This document shows positions 27,857 through 37,039 of a stretch of 64,000 nt of DNA, piece after piece (position 1 is the first letter of the stretch; the number at the start of each line of letters is the position of its first letter). The notes below the pieces were generated by a model, which saw only the letters and a list, made by a program, of their open reading frames with translations, was not told the DNA's origin and searched no databases. Position numbers and translations under genes: made by a program. Where the stretch lies: positions 14,758 through 78,757 of the forward strand of contig CAZUPO010000001.1 of the NCBI GenBank assembly GCA_964621595.1, written 5' to 3'. This DNA comes from an uncultured Candidatus Saccharibacteria bacterium (GTDB lineage Bacteria > Patescibacteriota > Minisyncoccia > Phycocordibacterales > UBA5272).

Positions 27857-28576
27857 TTATCTAAAACTGCAGACGACCGGCATAGACACCCGCGTTACGT
27901 CGCTGGCAGACACCGCATTACCTGATTGAAAGATCATCATGCACTGTAACTTATCAGGAAGAGTACCTTCTATTTTTACTTGAAAACGTTTCCAACCAAG
28001 CGGTGACCATGCATTTGTCATATACGCAGTGGATGCGGCAATAGGTCTACCTTGACTATCAGCGATAAGAACCACGAATTTCCCATCACGGAAAAAAGTT
28101 TCTTTTGCCTCACCACCAAAGGTCAAACCACCGTAAACGTATCCCCCTTGATAGATAGAGAGGTTGCGAATATATGACTCTTTGGACGCGTATGCCTGTC
28201 GTACCACCTCCCCATTATTTGTAACAGGATTACCAGAAGAATCCACGACAACTGCACCATCATTGGTAAATGTTAAAAACTTCGTCTCCGTCCATGTATA
28301 TCCAGACTGATACGGTGCTGTACCATACCCGTTGTACGGCGCTGTGGGGACAAATTCTCGTGGTTGTGCCGGCTCTGCTTTGTACGCAAGCAACCCCGTT
28401 AAACTTCCTGGTGGAGGCAACCATGTAAATGACATCGTAGTAGTATCAAACGATACAAAATTGCGCAAACGCACAGTAGGGAAAAGTTCTGTGATGAGCC
28501 ACCACACAATCGCAAAGAAAAGCAATGCAACTGCAAACCGTACGAGAAATGATAGAAGGTAGCGAATAATATCCAT
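27857..28576 (-). CDS. Hypothetical membrane-anchored extracellular protein
   Basis: N-terminal TM; beta-rich Gly/Tyr/Thr composition. Confidence 0.55.
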   Translation of the reverse strand: MDIIRYLLSFLVRFAVALLFFAIVWWLITELFPTVRLRNFVSFDTTTMSFTWLPPPGSLTGLLAYKAEPAQPREFVPTAPYNGYGTAPYQSGYTWTETKFLTFTNDGAVVVDSSGNPVTNNGEVVRQAYASKESYIRNLSIYQGGYVYGGLTFGGEAKETFFRDGKFVVLIADSQGRPIAASTAYMTNAWSPLGWKRFQVKIEGTLPDKLQCMMIFQSGNAVSASDVTRVSMPVVCSFR

Positions 28577-28589
28577 ACATTACTAAAAA

Positions 28590-29180
28590 TTACTGAGAAA
28601 AGTTTTTACTACCAGAACATGTCTCTGGTGCCCAGAGACCACGCTTGGATGTACGTGCGAGATTTTGTAATTCTCTAAATTCTTTCTGATATGCGTATGG
28701 AGTCATGTATGTATATTCATATGCATACCCCTCAGCAATTAACTGACGATTCACCATGACTCCATCTTCGAGGTACACATAAGCAAGGATTCTGTTGTAC
28801 GCATCACGAGTCCCCTGCGAATCATCATACTCGAGCCGGACTATCTTTCCAGACATCAATTCTTTTGCACGTGCAGAGGCCTCTTTTCCGAAACACTGTA
28901 CTGGTCTTCGTGGATCGACTGTTTCGGGAGTGTTAATACCAAGGAGCCGAACTTTTTCATTCACACCTTGCATCTCGAGCGTAACTGTATCTCCATCAAC
29001 AACCTTCACCACCTTATAATAGACAGATGATGTGTGTAGTGATGACGTCGCTTCATGCATCTTGTCTGCCACAGTCTCAACTGCAACAATGTCCCTATGA
29101 ATCTGAGAATAAAAAGCGAGTAAAAGAAGTATGATACCGCCTATTCCCAACTTTTTTGCTACTGGAGGGGTGAGTGACAT
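28590..29180 (-). CDS. Thermonuclease (staphylococcal nuclease homologue), membrane-anchored
   Basis: VVDGDTV…RLLGINTPE…YDRYGRLLA-like SNase motifs. Confidence 0.85.
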   Translation of the reverse strand: MSLTPPVAKKLGIGGIILLLLAFYSQIHRDIVAVETVADKMHEATSSLHTSSVYYKVVKVVDGDTVTLEMQGVNEKVRLLGINTPETVDPRRPVQCFGKEASARAKELMSGKIVRLEYDDSQGTRDAYNRILAYVYLEDGVMVNRQLIAEGYAYEYTYMTPYAYQKEFRELQNLARTSKRGLWAPETCSGSKNFSQ

Positions 29181-29198
29181 ACAAAGAAGTGTATCACA

Positions 29199-29804
29199 TT
29201 AGCATGTGAGCGGACTGTTAACTTTCTTAGATAAATGGTATGTGGCCATGAACAAAAAGAGTAATCCTATGTATCCGATCTCTTCACCTCCGTAGGGCAA
29301 ATACGAAAGCATGGAAGAGAAACCAAGAAGCGAAAGTACGACACTTAAGAATGCACTTCCGCATGCCGCACAACCAATACCCAAGAATGCAACAATGAGT
29401 CCGAGGCCATTATACATACCACTGTCCAGCAAGACTTCTCCACGCAATCTCATATACGTATACGCAAGCGAGATATTGATACCACCGATTAAGGATCCAA
29501 GTACTGCGAGAATGAGCGTCCCCGATGTAAACGTGCCTGATATATCAAACAATGTTTTCCAAGCAAGAACAAGTCGCTTACCAAATGGTAAAATAGTGAA
29601 ACCAAGTGCATCACGTACAAGAGAAAAATTTTGTATGAGGAGTAATAAGGAAAATAAAATCCCTGCTGATACGATGATGACCAGTCGACTATCCCCTCTT
29701 CGCATCAACAAAGAAAAACTAGATGCTATATCTTTCATACCACATATACGAAGTATACAGTGAGTCTCTACATAGTGCACATACCTAACACACATACCCC
29801 ACAC
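29199..29804 (-). CDS. Hypothetical polytopic membrane protein with a GCAAC motif
   Basis: Five or six hydrophobic segments. Confidence 0.5.
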   Translation of the reverse strand: MWGMCVRYVHYVETHCILRICGMKDIASSFSLLMRRGDSRLVIIVSAGILFSLLLLIQNFSLVRDALGFTILPFGKRLVLAWKTLFDISGTFTSGTLILAVLGSLIGGINISLAYTYMRLRGEVLLDSGMYNGLGLIVAFLGIGCAACGSAFLSVVLSLLGFSSMLSYLPYGGEEIGYIGLLFLFMATYHLSKKVNSPLTC

Positions 29805-29821
29805 ACAATCTGAAGAGAATC

Positions 29822-30112
29822 TTATCGTATTTCGTTACCAACGCGACGCTTACCAATGTAGTCTTCTAACTGTGATATCTCGGTCTCAATTGCTTCCATC
29901 CATTCTTTATCTGTTCCGTTAACAGCACGCAATTTCGCCTTGAAGTTTATATAGAGTGGGTATAGTAGTTCTGGGTCTTGCTTAAGGATATCTAGAAATT
30001 CCTGTTGTTCGTCATCTGTGAGCAACGAAAGACCAGTTTCAAAAGCCCTTGCCTCTTCAAAGGTAAGTGCAGATTCTTCCAAAAATTGTTCTAAATCCTT
30101 GCGCAACGCCAT
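29822..30112 (-). CDS. Hypothetical protein
   Basis: AT-rich ORF, acidic. Confidence 0.45.
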   Translation of the reverse strand: MALRKDLEQFLEESALTFEEARAFETGLSLLTDDEQQEFLDILKQDPELLYPLYINFKAKLRAVNGTDKEWMEAIETEISQLEDYIGKRRVGNEIR

Positions 30113-30250
30113 AATTTCCTTATTTTGCCTTTATTTTAAAGGCTCGAATGTACCCCAAATCTCTCATAAACTCTGCAAGTCGTCAAGGGCACCCTGTGCA
30201 TAGAGAATTTTAGCCAAGATACGTAGATAGGTACTATTTATGAAGAAAGA

Positions 30251-30529
30251 TTATGATACATCTGCACCACGAACCGCAGCGATTGAGAGTAATTCTGCAG
30301 CGAGGACTGCATTCATATAAAATGGAATCTCTGTTTGTGCTGTATCGTCTGCCCTCTCTGCGGTTGCTTCTGCTTCGGAATAACGCTTCTTTGCAACATC
30401 TAATTTTTTCTGTAGTGAGTCGCGACGCAATACAGTAGGAACATCACTTCTACTTTCTGTATGAATTTCTGGTGGTTGTGGTGTGAATTCGTGTGTCATA
30501 CAAAACGTGATGTAATTATCCCTTCGCAA
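30251..30529 (-). CDS. Hypothetical protein
   Basis: AT-rich ORF; a 14-bp perfect palindrome AGGAGTATACTCCT lies in its upstream region (30566-30579). Confidence 0.4.
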   Translation of the reverse strand: MRRDNYITFCMTHEFTPQPPEIHTESRSDVPTVLRRDSLQKKLDVAKKRYSEAEATAERADDTAQTEIPFYMNAVLAAELLSIAAVRGADVS

Positions 30530-30737
30530 GTAATAGGTAGGAGTATACTCCTATTATTTTGATTCGTGCAAGTGAATTTTGTGTGGTGTTGTGTGGATGT
30601 ATAAATATGTTTTAAAAACATCTGCAATACTAGTCAAAAATTTGACTTTTTCATTAAAACTATGTGAAGAAGAAAGAATAACCCTTAAAGTGTTGGGTTA
30701 TTTTTTCGGTTCACTGGTACTAATAATTTATCCTGTC

Positions 30738-31148
30738 TTACCAAAGCACCAAGGTCACTGCCATAGACACAATTACCACAAGAGAGGCAGCCATCTCAAA
30801 AAGACCGTGTTTCACCTTCCTTCCCATCCAAATGACTTCGATTGCCGCATTTGTAGCACTAAATCCAAGCCACAACCAAAATCCAATGATAGCGGCACGT
30901 AGCGCGGTAGGCTCCCCCATAAATGGCGATGAAAATGCTACCCACATCGCAAGTGATAGAACAAACGCCGTCACAATATTTGCAACGTAGTTCTGTATCA
31001 TCTGCGGAATCATATCAGAAAACTTCTCCTTCCCTGTTGGATGAATATTAGCAAGACGCATCCAAAGTTTTCCAAAGAGTGGCCCGTGAATAAGGAATCC
31101 AACAACGAATCCAACTGCTGCCGCAACCAAAATAGCAATAATACTCAT
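30738..31148 (-). CDS. DUF1761-like integral membrane protein
   Basis: Four TM helices; pattern matches the DUF1761 family (moderate). Confidence 0.55.
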   Translation of the reverse strand: MSIIAILVAAAVGFVVGFLIHGPLFGKLWMRLANIHPTGKEKFSDMIPQMIQNYVANIVTAFVLSLAMWVAFSSPFMGEPTALRAAIIGFWLWLGFSATNAAIEVIWMGRKVKHGLFEMAASLVVIVSMAVTLVLW

Positions 31149-31205
31149 ATAATAATTCTAGTATTTAGTAATAAAGAATCTACACCCTACAGTATACCAA
31201 GTAAA

Positions 31206-31880
31206 TTACTCCCCTAGGTGTGCGTGATCATTGTGTATCCAAAGTCTCCAATTATTCATACTATCGAATCCTCCTTGGTAGCGAAGAACTGTAATGCCTG
31301 TATTTTCTAAGAAAATGTATCGATGAAAGTTACGAAATGCTTCTGGAGTAAGTGATTCCCGGAGCAGGATTCGCGCAAGGATAGTGTGTATAAAATAACT
31401 ATGACTCACTACAACAATATTTTTTTCTGATCTTCTTTCAAGAAATGCGAGAGCGTCGTCTGCTCGCTGTACTATTTCCTCAAAGTTCTCTCCATCGAGT
31501 ACTTTCTCGCCGGTTGTGTGCATGGTTTTTCTCCACTCTTTATAAACTTCGGTTGCGGCAAGATCGGTAAATGGTTTCCCGTTAACAACTGTTGGCTTGA
31601 TTCGCTCGACAAATAAGTTGGAGTACTCGACGTCTTTACCGGTAAGCGTGGATATCTCCTCAGCAGTTGATTTCGCACGAGCAAACGGGCTCGAGATGAG
31701 TGTGTCAAAAGAAATAGCCGCGATGCGTTGTGCTATCTTGCTTGCTTGTACCTTCCCATGATTGCTTAGTTCTGCTGTGGGTGCTTGGTACACCGGTAAA
31801 ATATTATGTTCGGACTGGCCATGTCGTATCAAGTACACAACTTTTTCTATTGGATATGACGACATGGCGCCATTATACAC
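31206..31880 (-). CDS. Histidine phosphatase family protein (PGM-like branch)
   Basis: LIRHGQSEHN catalytic motif. Confidence 0.8.
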   Translation of the reverse strand: MYNGAMSSYPIEKVVYLIRHGQSEHNILPVYQAPTAELSNHGKVQASKIAQRIAAISFDTLISSPFARAKSTAEEISTLTGKDVEYSNLFVERIKPTVVNGKPFTDLAATEVYKEWRKTMHTTGEKVLDGENFEEIVQRADDALAFLERRSEKNIVVVSHSYFIHTILARILLRESLTPEAFRNFHRYIFLENTGITVLRYQGGFDSMNNWRLWIHNDHAHLGE

Positions 31881-31933
31881 GACAATGACCTGAAATTCAC
31901 GTGAGGAATATACGTGTAGAAAACAAAAACAAA

Positions 31934-32296
31934 CTACTGTGTTTGAAGAACTCCTATGAAGAAACTATCGAGCACACCTTGAGCGTTCTTTTCTGCGTGT
32001 TCATCTTCTCGATCAAAGAGAGTCGTGGCATCCTTCCCACACGCCTTTATAATCTCTTTTCCTCCTGGGTGACTGGGGATGAATTTCGTAACATCATAGA
32101 CATAGCCACGTACCACCGTCCAACAATCCATTTCTGTTGCATGCTTTGCAACATCTGAAAGAGCATATCGTGCTGTAGAAGACGAGACAACAACTTTCGA
32201 AGGAGTAACCTCTGCAGGCGCCATACGACCCTGCATCAGCACGTATAGAACACCAAGGATCGCAACACAGAAAATAATGAGTATGTATTTCTTCAT
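31934..32296 (-). CDS. Cytochrome b5-like heme-binding domain protein, membrane-anchored
   Basis: HPGG motif and Y/H ligands pattern. Confidence 0.65.
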   Translation of the reverse strand: MKKYILIIFCVAILGVLYVLMQGRMAPAEVTPSKVVVSSSTARYALSDVAKHATEMDCWTVVRGYVYDVTKFIPSHPGGKEIIKACGKDATTLFDREDEHAEKNAQGVLDSFFIGVLQTQ

Positions 32297-32335
32297 AGAG
32301 TTATAGTAATTTAGTTAATGTGTAACGACTCGCCA

Positions 32336-33241
32336 CTATAGCACGGTCATGTACTTATTTTTACCTTGTGAGAACATTGTTTCGTACGCTTTTTTAATTT
32401 TATTCGTTATTGTGCGATCACCTGTACCAATAGCACGCGCATCTACCTCAGATATAGGTGCGACAAAGGCTGACGTCCCGCAAGCAAATACTTCCTCTGC
32501 AATGTAGAGTTCTGTTAAATCTATAGCACGCTCGATAACTGGAATACGTAGACTCTTCGCCAACTCAAGTACTACCGCTCTGTTAATACCCTCTAGAATA
32601 TCGCTGGATCTCTCTGGTGTAATAAGTGTTCCATTTCTCACCATGAATATGTTCGCTGCACTTAGTTCACACACATGACCATTAGCATCCAAGAACAAAC
32701 AATCGTCGTATCCACTATCAATTGCATCTTGTTTACCTAAAACAGAGTTCACGTAGGCACCATTTACCTTTGCACGAGATGGAATAGCGTAGTCAGGAAC
32801 CCTTCTCCAAACACTTGTCTTAAGGCGTGCGCCATTCTGCGGAATAATCGGTGTCGCCTCATAGATAAACATACTCACAACCGTCTTTAAACCACGGGAT
32901 CGTGTACCAGGAACAAGTTCAGATACATGCACCGTAGCACGCACGAAGACCCTCTCCTTGATTGGATTTTTCTTAATGAGCGCTGTAACCGCATTCTTAA
33001 ACTTTTTGTAATCCCACGTGGATTCAAATGTATCGATACCGATAATCTTTGCAGAATTCACAAGCCGCGCATAGTGCTCCGGAAGACAAAAAGCTGCTAC
33101 CCCCTTTCCAACGGGAACAATAGGAAATACTGTATACACACTCAATCCATACAACACTGCTGAACTTGCCACAGAGAGTGTCGCGTCCTTTATATCTACC
33201 ACCTTATCATTGAAATATGCGTATGTATATACTTTTGCCAT
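32336..33241 (-). CDS. Class IV aminotransferase (branched-chain / D-amino-acid aminotransferase)
   Basis: Fold-type IV PLP motifs (E..F.CGT, catalytic K region). Confidence 0.85.
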   Translation of the reverse strand: MAKVYTYAYFNDKVVDIKDATLSVASSAVLYGLSVYTVFPIVPVGKGVAAFCLPEHYARLVNSAKIIGIDTFESTWDYKKFKNAVTALIKKNPIKERVFVRATVHVSELVPGTRSRGLKTVVSMFIYEATPIIPQNGARLKTSVWRRVPDYAIPSRAKVNGAYVNSVLGKQDAIDSGYDDCLFLDANGHVCELSAANIFMVRNGTLITPERSSDILEGINRAVVLELAKSLRIPVIERAIDLTELYIAEEVFACGTSAFVAPISEVDARAIGTGDRTITNKIKKAYETMFSQGKNKYMTVL

Positions 33242-33321
33242 AGTAATTTAAATTGTACCACACGATATAGAGAGGTTGGTGACTAGAGCATTGTCATGAC
33301 TCAAGTTCATGACACCAAACA

Positions 33322-33627
33322 CTAACGAAGGTATGAATACAAAAGGGTGGAGAAAAATACAAAAACAGTTACTGAAAAATATAAGACGGTGGTGGTAAAG
33401 AATTTCAGTGCTTCTTGTTTCTTATTTTCAGCATATAGGCACAGTGGCTTATAAAAAAATAAAAATGCCATTACCGTAACAGATAGAACAAGGAGTGAGA
33501 GCATAAACATTGGTATAAGGAGTGTGTCTTGCTTGTCGTGTCCGTATTTAGTTAACACCTGTATAAGAGCAATTACGAAACCAATGTAACAGGTGGCCCC
33601 GAGAGCATTTAGAAGTGGTGTTTTCAT
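33322..33627 (-). CDS. Small hypothetical membrane protein
   Basis: Three hydrophobic helices. Confidence 0.45.
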   Translation of the reverse strand: MKTPLLNALGATCYIGFVIALIQVLTKYGHDKQDTLLIPMFMLSLLVLSVTVMAFLFFYKPLCLYAENKKQEALKFFTTTVLYFSVTVFVFFSTLLYSYLR

Positions 33628-33668
33628 AGAGTAAAGTGTACCACGACTTGCGATTAAGAAATGTGAAA

Positions 33669-33722
33669 GCCCCCGGCCACCCGCCCGCGTTTTCCTTTCG
33701 CGAGGCGAGGTGGCTGGGGGCC
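33669..33722 (-). terminator. Imperfect GC-rich hairpin terminator downstream of the H operon
   Basis: GCCCCCGGCCACC…GGTGGCTGGGGGC. Confidence 0.4.
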
Positions 33723-33733
33723 TTTGCCGCCTT

Positions 33734-33982
33734 TCACGGCGCCTCCATTGTGCAGACCATCGGGTCGGCGTTGATCGCGTCGCACAGCGCCTGCAAGTGC
33801 CGACGCAACTGCCGCGGGGTCATCTCCTCCACCGGGTCGGTGAGCAACTCGTGTTTTCCGTCCAGAGTTGCCAGCACCTCACTGGCTTTCTCGATCTCGG
33901 AGAGGAGATTACTGCGCTCCACTTCCGGTGACGCGTGTCCGCAGGGTTTCGCGGTGTACGGCATGATTCTCCTTTCTGCCAC
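33734..33982 (-). CDS. Hypothetical protein H2 (82 aa), GC-rich
   Basis: Second gene of a two-gene GC-rich operon; RBS AAGGAG. Confidence 0.45.
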   Translation of the reverse strand: MAERRIMPYTAKPCGHASPEVERSNLLSEIEKASEVLATLDGKHELLTDPVEEMTPRQLRRHLQALCDAINADPMVCTMEAP

Positions 33983-33992
33983 AAGGGCAAGT

Positions 33993-34241
33993 TTACGTAG
34001 TCAAGGTTTGGATTGTCTTCTGCAAGTCCGCTTGGTACTTCTCGAGGGCCTTCACGAACTCGAGATCACCTACCGGCTTGCGTCCGTCATTCCACTTTGC
34101 CAGATGATTGTCGATATCATCTGAGCCCCGGAGAAGTTTGTGCTTCGGGTCGAGTTTGCGCAACTCACCTTCGGCACCAGCAACCATCTCGGATAGTTGG
34201 TTGAGTGCAACCATAGCCTCCCGTTTTACTAGGGTGTTCAT
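33993..34241 (-). CDS. Hypothetical protein H1 (82 aa), GC-rich
   Basis: First gene; RBS GAGGGGAGACGGAGC; coiled-coil-like. Confidence 0.45.
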   Translation of the reverse strand: MNTLVKREAMVALNQLSEMVAGAEGELRKLDPKHKLLRGSDDIDNHLAKWNDGRKPVGDLEFVKALEKYQADLQKTIQTLTT

Positions 34242-34486
34242 GCTCCGTCTCCCCTCATAACTACAGTTATAAACGCGTCCTCACTACCACAAGGGAGGAA
34301 GACATTTGTACAGATTGATCTCCATAGTACCCTATTACCAAGAAGATTTCAAACCATATTAATGTTCTAAGATCAAAGTAATTACAAAAGCAAGATAGAA
34401 GATTCATTCTGTCAGCCGATATATACATAAATGAAAAAGTTTAAAATTTGTAAAACATTTGCCATGTGTTCTACGTGATACAAATA

Positions 34487-34551
34487 TAACGCAACCAAGT
34501 TGCTATATTAAATAAAATGATGTAGTATATAATAGCAACTTAGTTGCGTTA
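34487..34551. promoter_or_regulatory. Operator-like inverted repeat (TAACGCAACCAAGTTGCTAT … ATAGCAACTTAGTTGCGTTA) overlapping the -10 of the ATPase gene
   Basis: 19/20-bp arms, 25-bp spacer containing TATAAT; shares the TAGTTGCGTTA half-site with 36598-36630. Confidence 0.55.
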
Positions 34552-34557
34552 TTATTT

Positions 34558-35397
34558 ATGAGAATTGCCTTTGTTGGTAAGGGAGGAAGTGGAAAAAGTT
34601 CAGTTGCTTGGCTTGCCGTAAAAACCTTAGAAGAAAGCGGTGTTTTTGTTCTTGCTATAGATGCTGACCACAATATGGACTTAACTAGCAATCTTGGATT
34701 GGATCCTGAAAAAACTCCGCTCATGCACAAAACTGATCGAGTCTTTATGGAAAAAGTTGGTTTATCTGAAGATAAACAATGGTCTCGCATTATCACAGAA
34801 AGCGATAAAATTCTCCCCACGTTTACTCTTTCCCCAATGGATCCATACACCTCGTCTATTAGTACTACAATCTCTCCCAATCTTTCTCTCATCAACATCG
34901 GACTTGGATCACCAGATGTACTTTTCAGTGATAAATGTGCTCATGGGCTTTCTGGACCGCTTAAATACTATCTGGGACTACTCGACGAAAAAGATGCTTG
35001 GGTTGTTGCTGATAGTGTTGCCGGTTCCGATATGATTAATTATGGATTATATTCTGGTATTGATGCGGTTATCGGTGTTGTAGAACCACATCGAAACAGT
35101 ATAAAAGTATTTGAACAAATTCGGGAGATATGTAGAAAAACTATGATCCCCTGCTACGCAATTATAAACAAACCAGCAAAAAATGAGTTTTATGATTTAT
35201 TCATGGAACAACACAAGACTGTGGTTATTGGAGAAGTTCCACTAGATCCAGGTATATTAGCGTACAATTTTCATACCGTCAGCAACGAAACAAAGGAATC
35301 TATAAAAACAATCATTGCAAAAATAAAAACATTTAAGAAACGAAAAGGTATTTCTGGTCTGCAAACATTCCACGAAGTAAAAAAATCTAGTAAGTAA
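34558..35397 (+). CDS. ParA/MinD-superfamily ATPase (CooC/Mrp-like deviant Walker A)
   Basis: AFVGKGGSGKSS deviant Walker A; Asp-rich switch regions. Confidence 0.75.
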   Translation: MRIAFVGKGGSGKSSVAWLAVKTLEESGVFVLAIDADHNMDLTSNLGLDPEKTPLMHKTDRVFMEKVGLSEDKQWSRIITESDKILPTFTLSPMDPYTSSISTTISPNLSLINIGLGSPDVLFSDKCAHGLSGPLKYYLGLLDEKDAWVVADSVAGSDMINYGLYSGIDAVIGVVEPHRNSIKVFEQIREICRKTMIPCYAIINKPAKNEFYDLFMEQHKTVVIGEVPLDPGILAYNFHTVSNETKESIKTIIAKIKTFKKRKGISGLQTFHEVKKSSK

Positions 35398-35510
35398 ATT
35401 ACTCCCCGGATCTATGTATATAAACTATGTGAGTTTGTATGCATATATGTGGGGAGAAATACCCCACAAAAATTGTCTTTTCACCACCAACCAAAGTCAG
35501 GAGATTACCC

Positions 35511-36278
35511 ATGTGCACAGTCAATGATGGTAGTTCGTTCTTCCGGCCGATGACCATGATGGACATCGCCTTCATTGCCACCAAGTACAACGAGTTGCCG
35601 AGGCAATTGCTGTACGACCTCTACGAGGCAATGACGGATCACAACACGGTCCGGCCGGCGGTTATGCTGGTGATCCTCGAGAGCCTTCACCGGCTCAAGA
35701 GCGGTCATCTGGGTGCCAGCGCCTACGGTGCCGTCTTCGCCTACAGCGCCCTTCAGATCAAGGATGGTGGTGATGGCAACATCTTCCACCGGTACCAGGA
35801 TCCGATCATGTCGCACATCCACGACGCGATGCTTCAATTCGCTCTCGCGGAACGCAACATGCGCAAGGTTCAGGAAGTCCTCCGTCGCTATCAGTACGAC
35901 TTCGTCCACTTTTGCGATTGCGGCTGCATAACCACTGTGGTCGACGTCGATTTCATGGAGACGGAGGAGTACAAGGCGGTGAACCTCATCCGCTCCTATG
36001 GCGAATCGATTGGGGCGCCGGTGCACCAGGTGAAATCGATCGACGATCTCCCCCTTCACCTGACCGACATGCATCCGCACGAGGTCGCCGGTTACAAGAA
36101 GATCTGGGGCACCCTGCAGATGCTCCCCGTCCATCCCTTCGAGGGTACGCTGGAACTCTCGCAGGCATTCGAATACTTGACCAGCATGAAGGAGGGTAGC
36201 AATGCCGGTAGCGGCCGTCGTTCGTGTATCAACGCAGTGGGGGCCAAGACACCGGTTGCAGATCACGCTGCCCGATAA
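35511..36278 (+). CDS. Hypothetical protein I1 (255 aa), GC-rich cassette
   Basis: AGGAG RBS 8 nt before ATG at 35511, where GC rises; the 35439 start in the ORF track lacks an RBS. Confidence 0.45.
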   Translation: MCTVNDGSSFFRPMTMMDIAFIATKYNELPRQLLYDLYEAMTDHNTVRPAVMLVILESLHRLKSGHLGASAYGAVFAYSALQIKDGGDGNIFHRYQDPIMSHIHDAMLQFALAERNMRKVQEVLRRYQYDFVHFCDCGCITTVVDVDFMETEEYKAVNLIRSYGESIGAPVHQVKSIDDLPLHLTDMHPHEVAGYKKIWGTLQMLPVHPFEGTLELSQAFEYLTSMKEGSNAGSGRRSCINAVGAKTPVADHAAR

Positions 36279-36501
36279 CGATGTGGTTAACGTACGCCTC
36301 CATGCGTGCGAAGACTGCAGCTTCATCGAGTGGAGTAAAGCAACCGGAAAAGAGGTTGCTCAGACAACCGTAAGTGAAGCATTCCTCCGGGCTGTGGCGA
36401 ATTTGGTCACCTCCGGAGAAAACCGAAAACTCCCTGAACTTGTCGCCGAAGGGCAGCAAGCACTTGGAGATTACGCCAAGAACCCGCCCTTCAACACATA
36501 G
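36202..36501 (+). CDS. Hypothetical protein I2 (99 aa), GC-rich, overlapping the I1 3' end out of frame
   Basis: 77-nt overlap with I1; followed by a weak terminator at 36519-36550. Confidence 0.35.
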   Translation: MPVAAVVRVSTQWGPRHRLQITLPDNDVVNVRLHACEDCSFIEWSKATGKEVAQTTVSEAFLRAVANLVTSGENRKLPELVAEGQQALGDYAKNPPFNT

Positions 36502-36597
36502 GGACCAGGATTGTGGCAAGCCGTCCTCGTGAGGGGGCGGTTTATTTTTATAATTCTAATCTTTGTGCCTCCAATAGACTCCAGAACATATTGCAAT

Positions 36598-36630
36598 ATA
36601 GTTGCGTTAATGCTATACTAATGCAACTAT
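36598..36630. promoter_or_regulatory. Operator-like imperfect palindrome ATAGTTGCGTTAA…TTAATGCAACTAT overlapping the start codon of the Fur-family gene
   Basis: 13/15 outer positions are palindromic; likely an autoregulatory box. Confidence 0.55.
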
Positions 36631-37036
36631 GAAATTTGAAGAGATTTTAAAAGAACATGGTTACCGAGTAACGTCTAAGCGTATCAAGCTACTATCCTTT
36701 CTTAGTTCTGCAAAAAAACCTTTAACTGTTTCTGAAATACGTTTAAAGATGCACATGGACAAAGTAACCCTTTATCGAGCATTAGAGGATTTTGTCTCCT
36801 CTCATCTTATTGCAAAAATAAACCTTCATGATAAGGCTGCGTATTATGAATTCATCCATACGAACCATCACCATCACCATATTATTTGCGAAATCTGTGG
36901 GAAACTAGAAGACATTGAGCATTGCAATCCGATTCTACTCCAAAAAGAAATTTTAAAATTTTCTAAAAAATTCAAAGTTATTAATTCCCATTCGCTAGAA
37001 TTTTTTGGTGTATGCACTACCTGTAGTAAGATATAA
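36629..37036 (+). CDS. Fur-family metalloregulator (Zur/Fur/PerR-like)
   Basis: N-terminal wHTH, HHHHH plus CxxC…CxxC metal sites. Confidence 0.85.
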   Translation: MKFEEILKEHGYRVTSKRIKLLSFLSSAKKPLTVSEIRLKMHMDKVTLYRALEDFVSSHLIAKINLHDKAAYYEFIHTNHHHHHIICEICGKLEDIEHCNPILLQKEILKFSKKFKVINSHSLEFFGVCTTCSKI

Positions 37037-37039
37037 TTA

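Noticed and set aside
35439-35510. Upstream ATG (35439) as the start of cassette I1
   Set aside because: There is no RBS, the composition is AT-rich up to ~35470, and the internal ATG at 35511 has an AGGAG site at ideal spacing.
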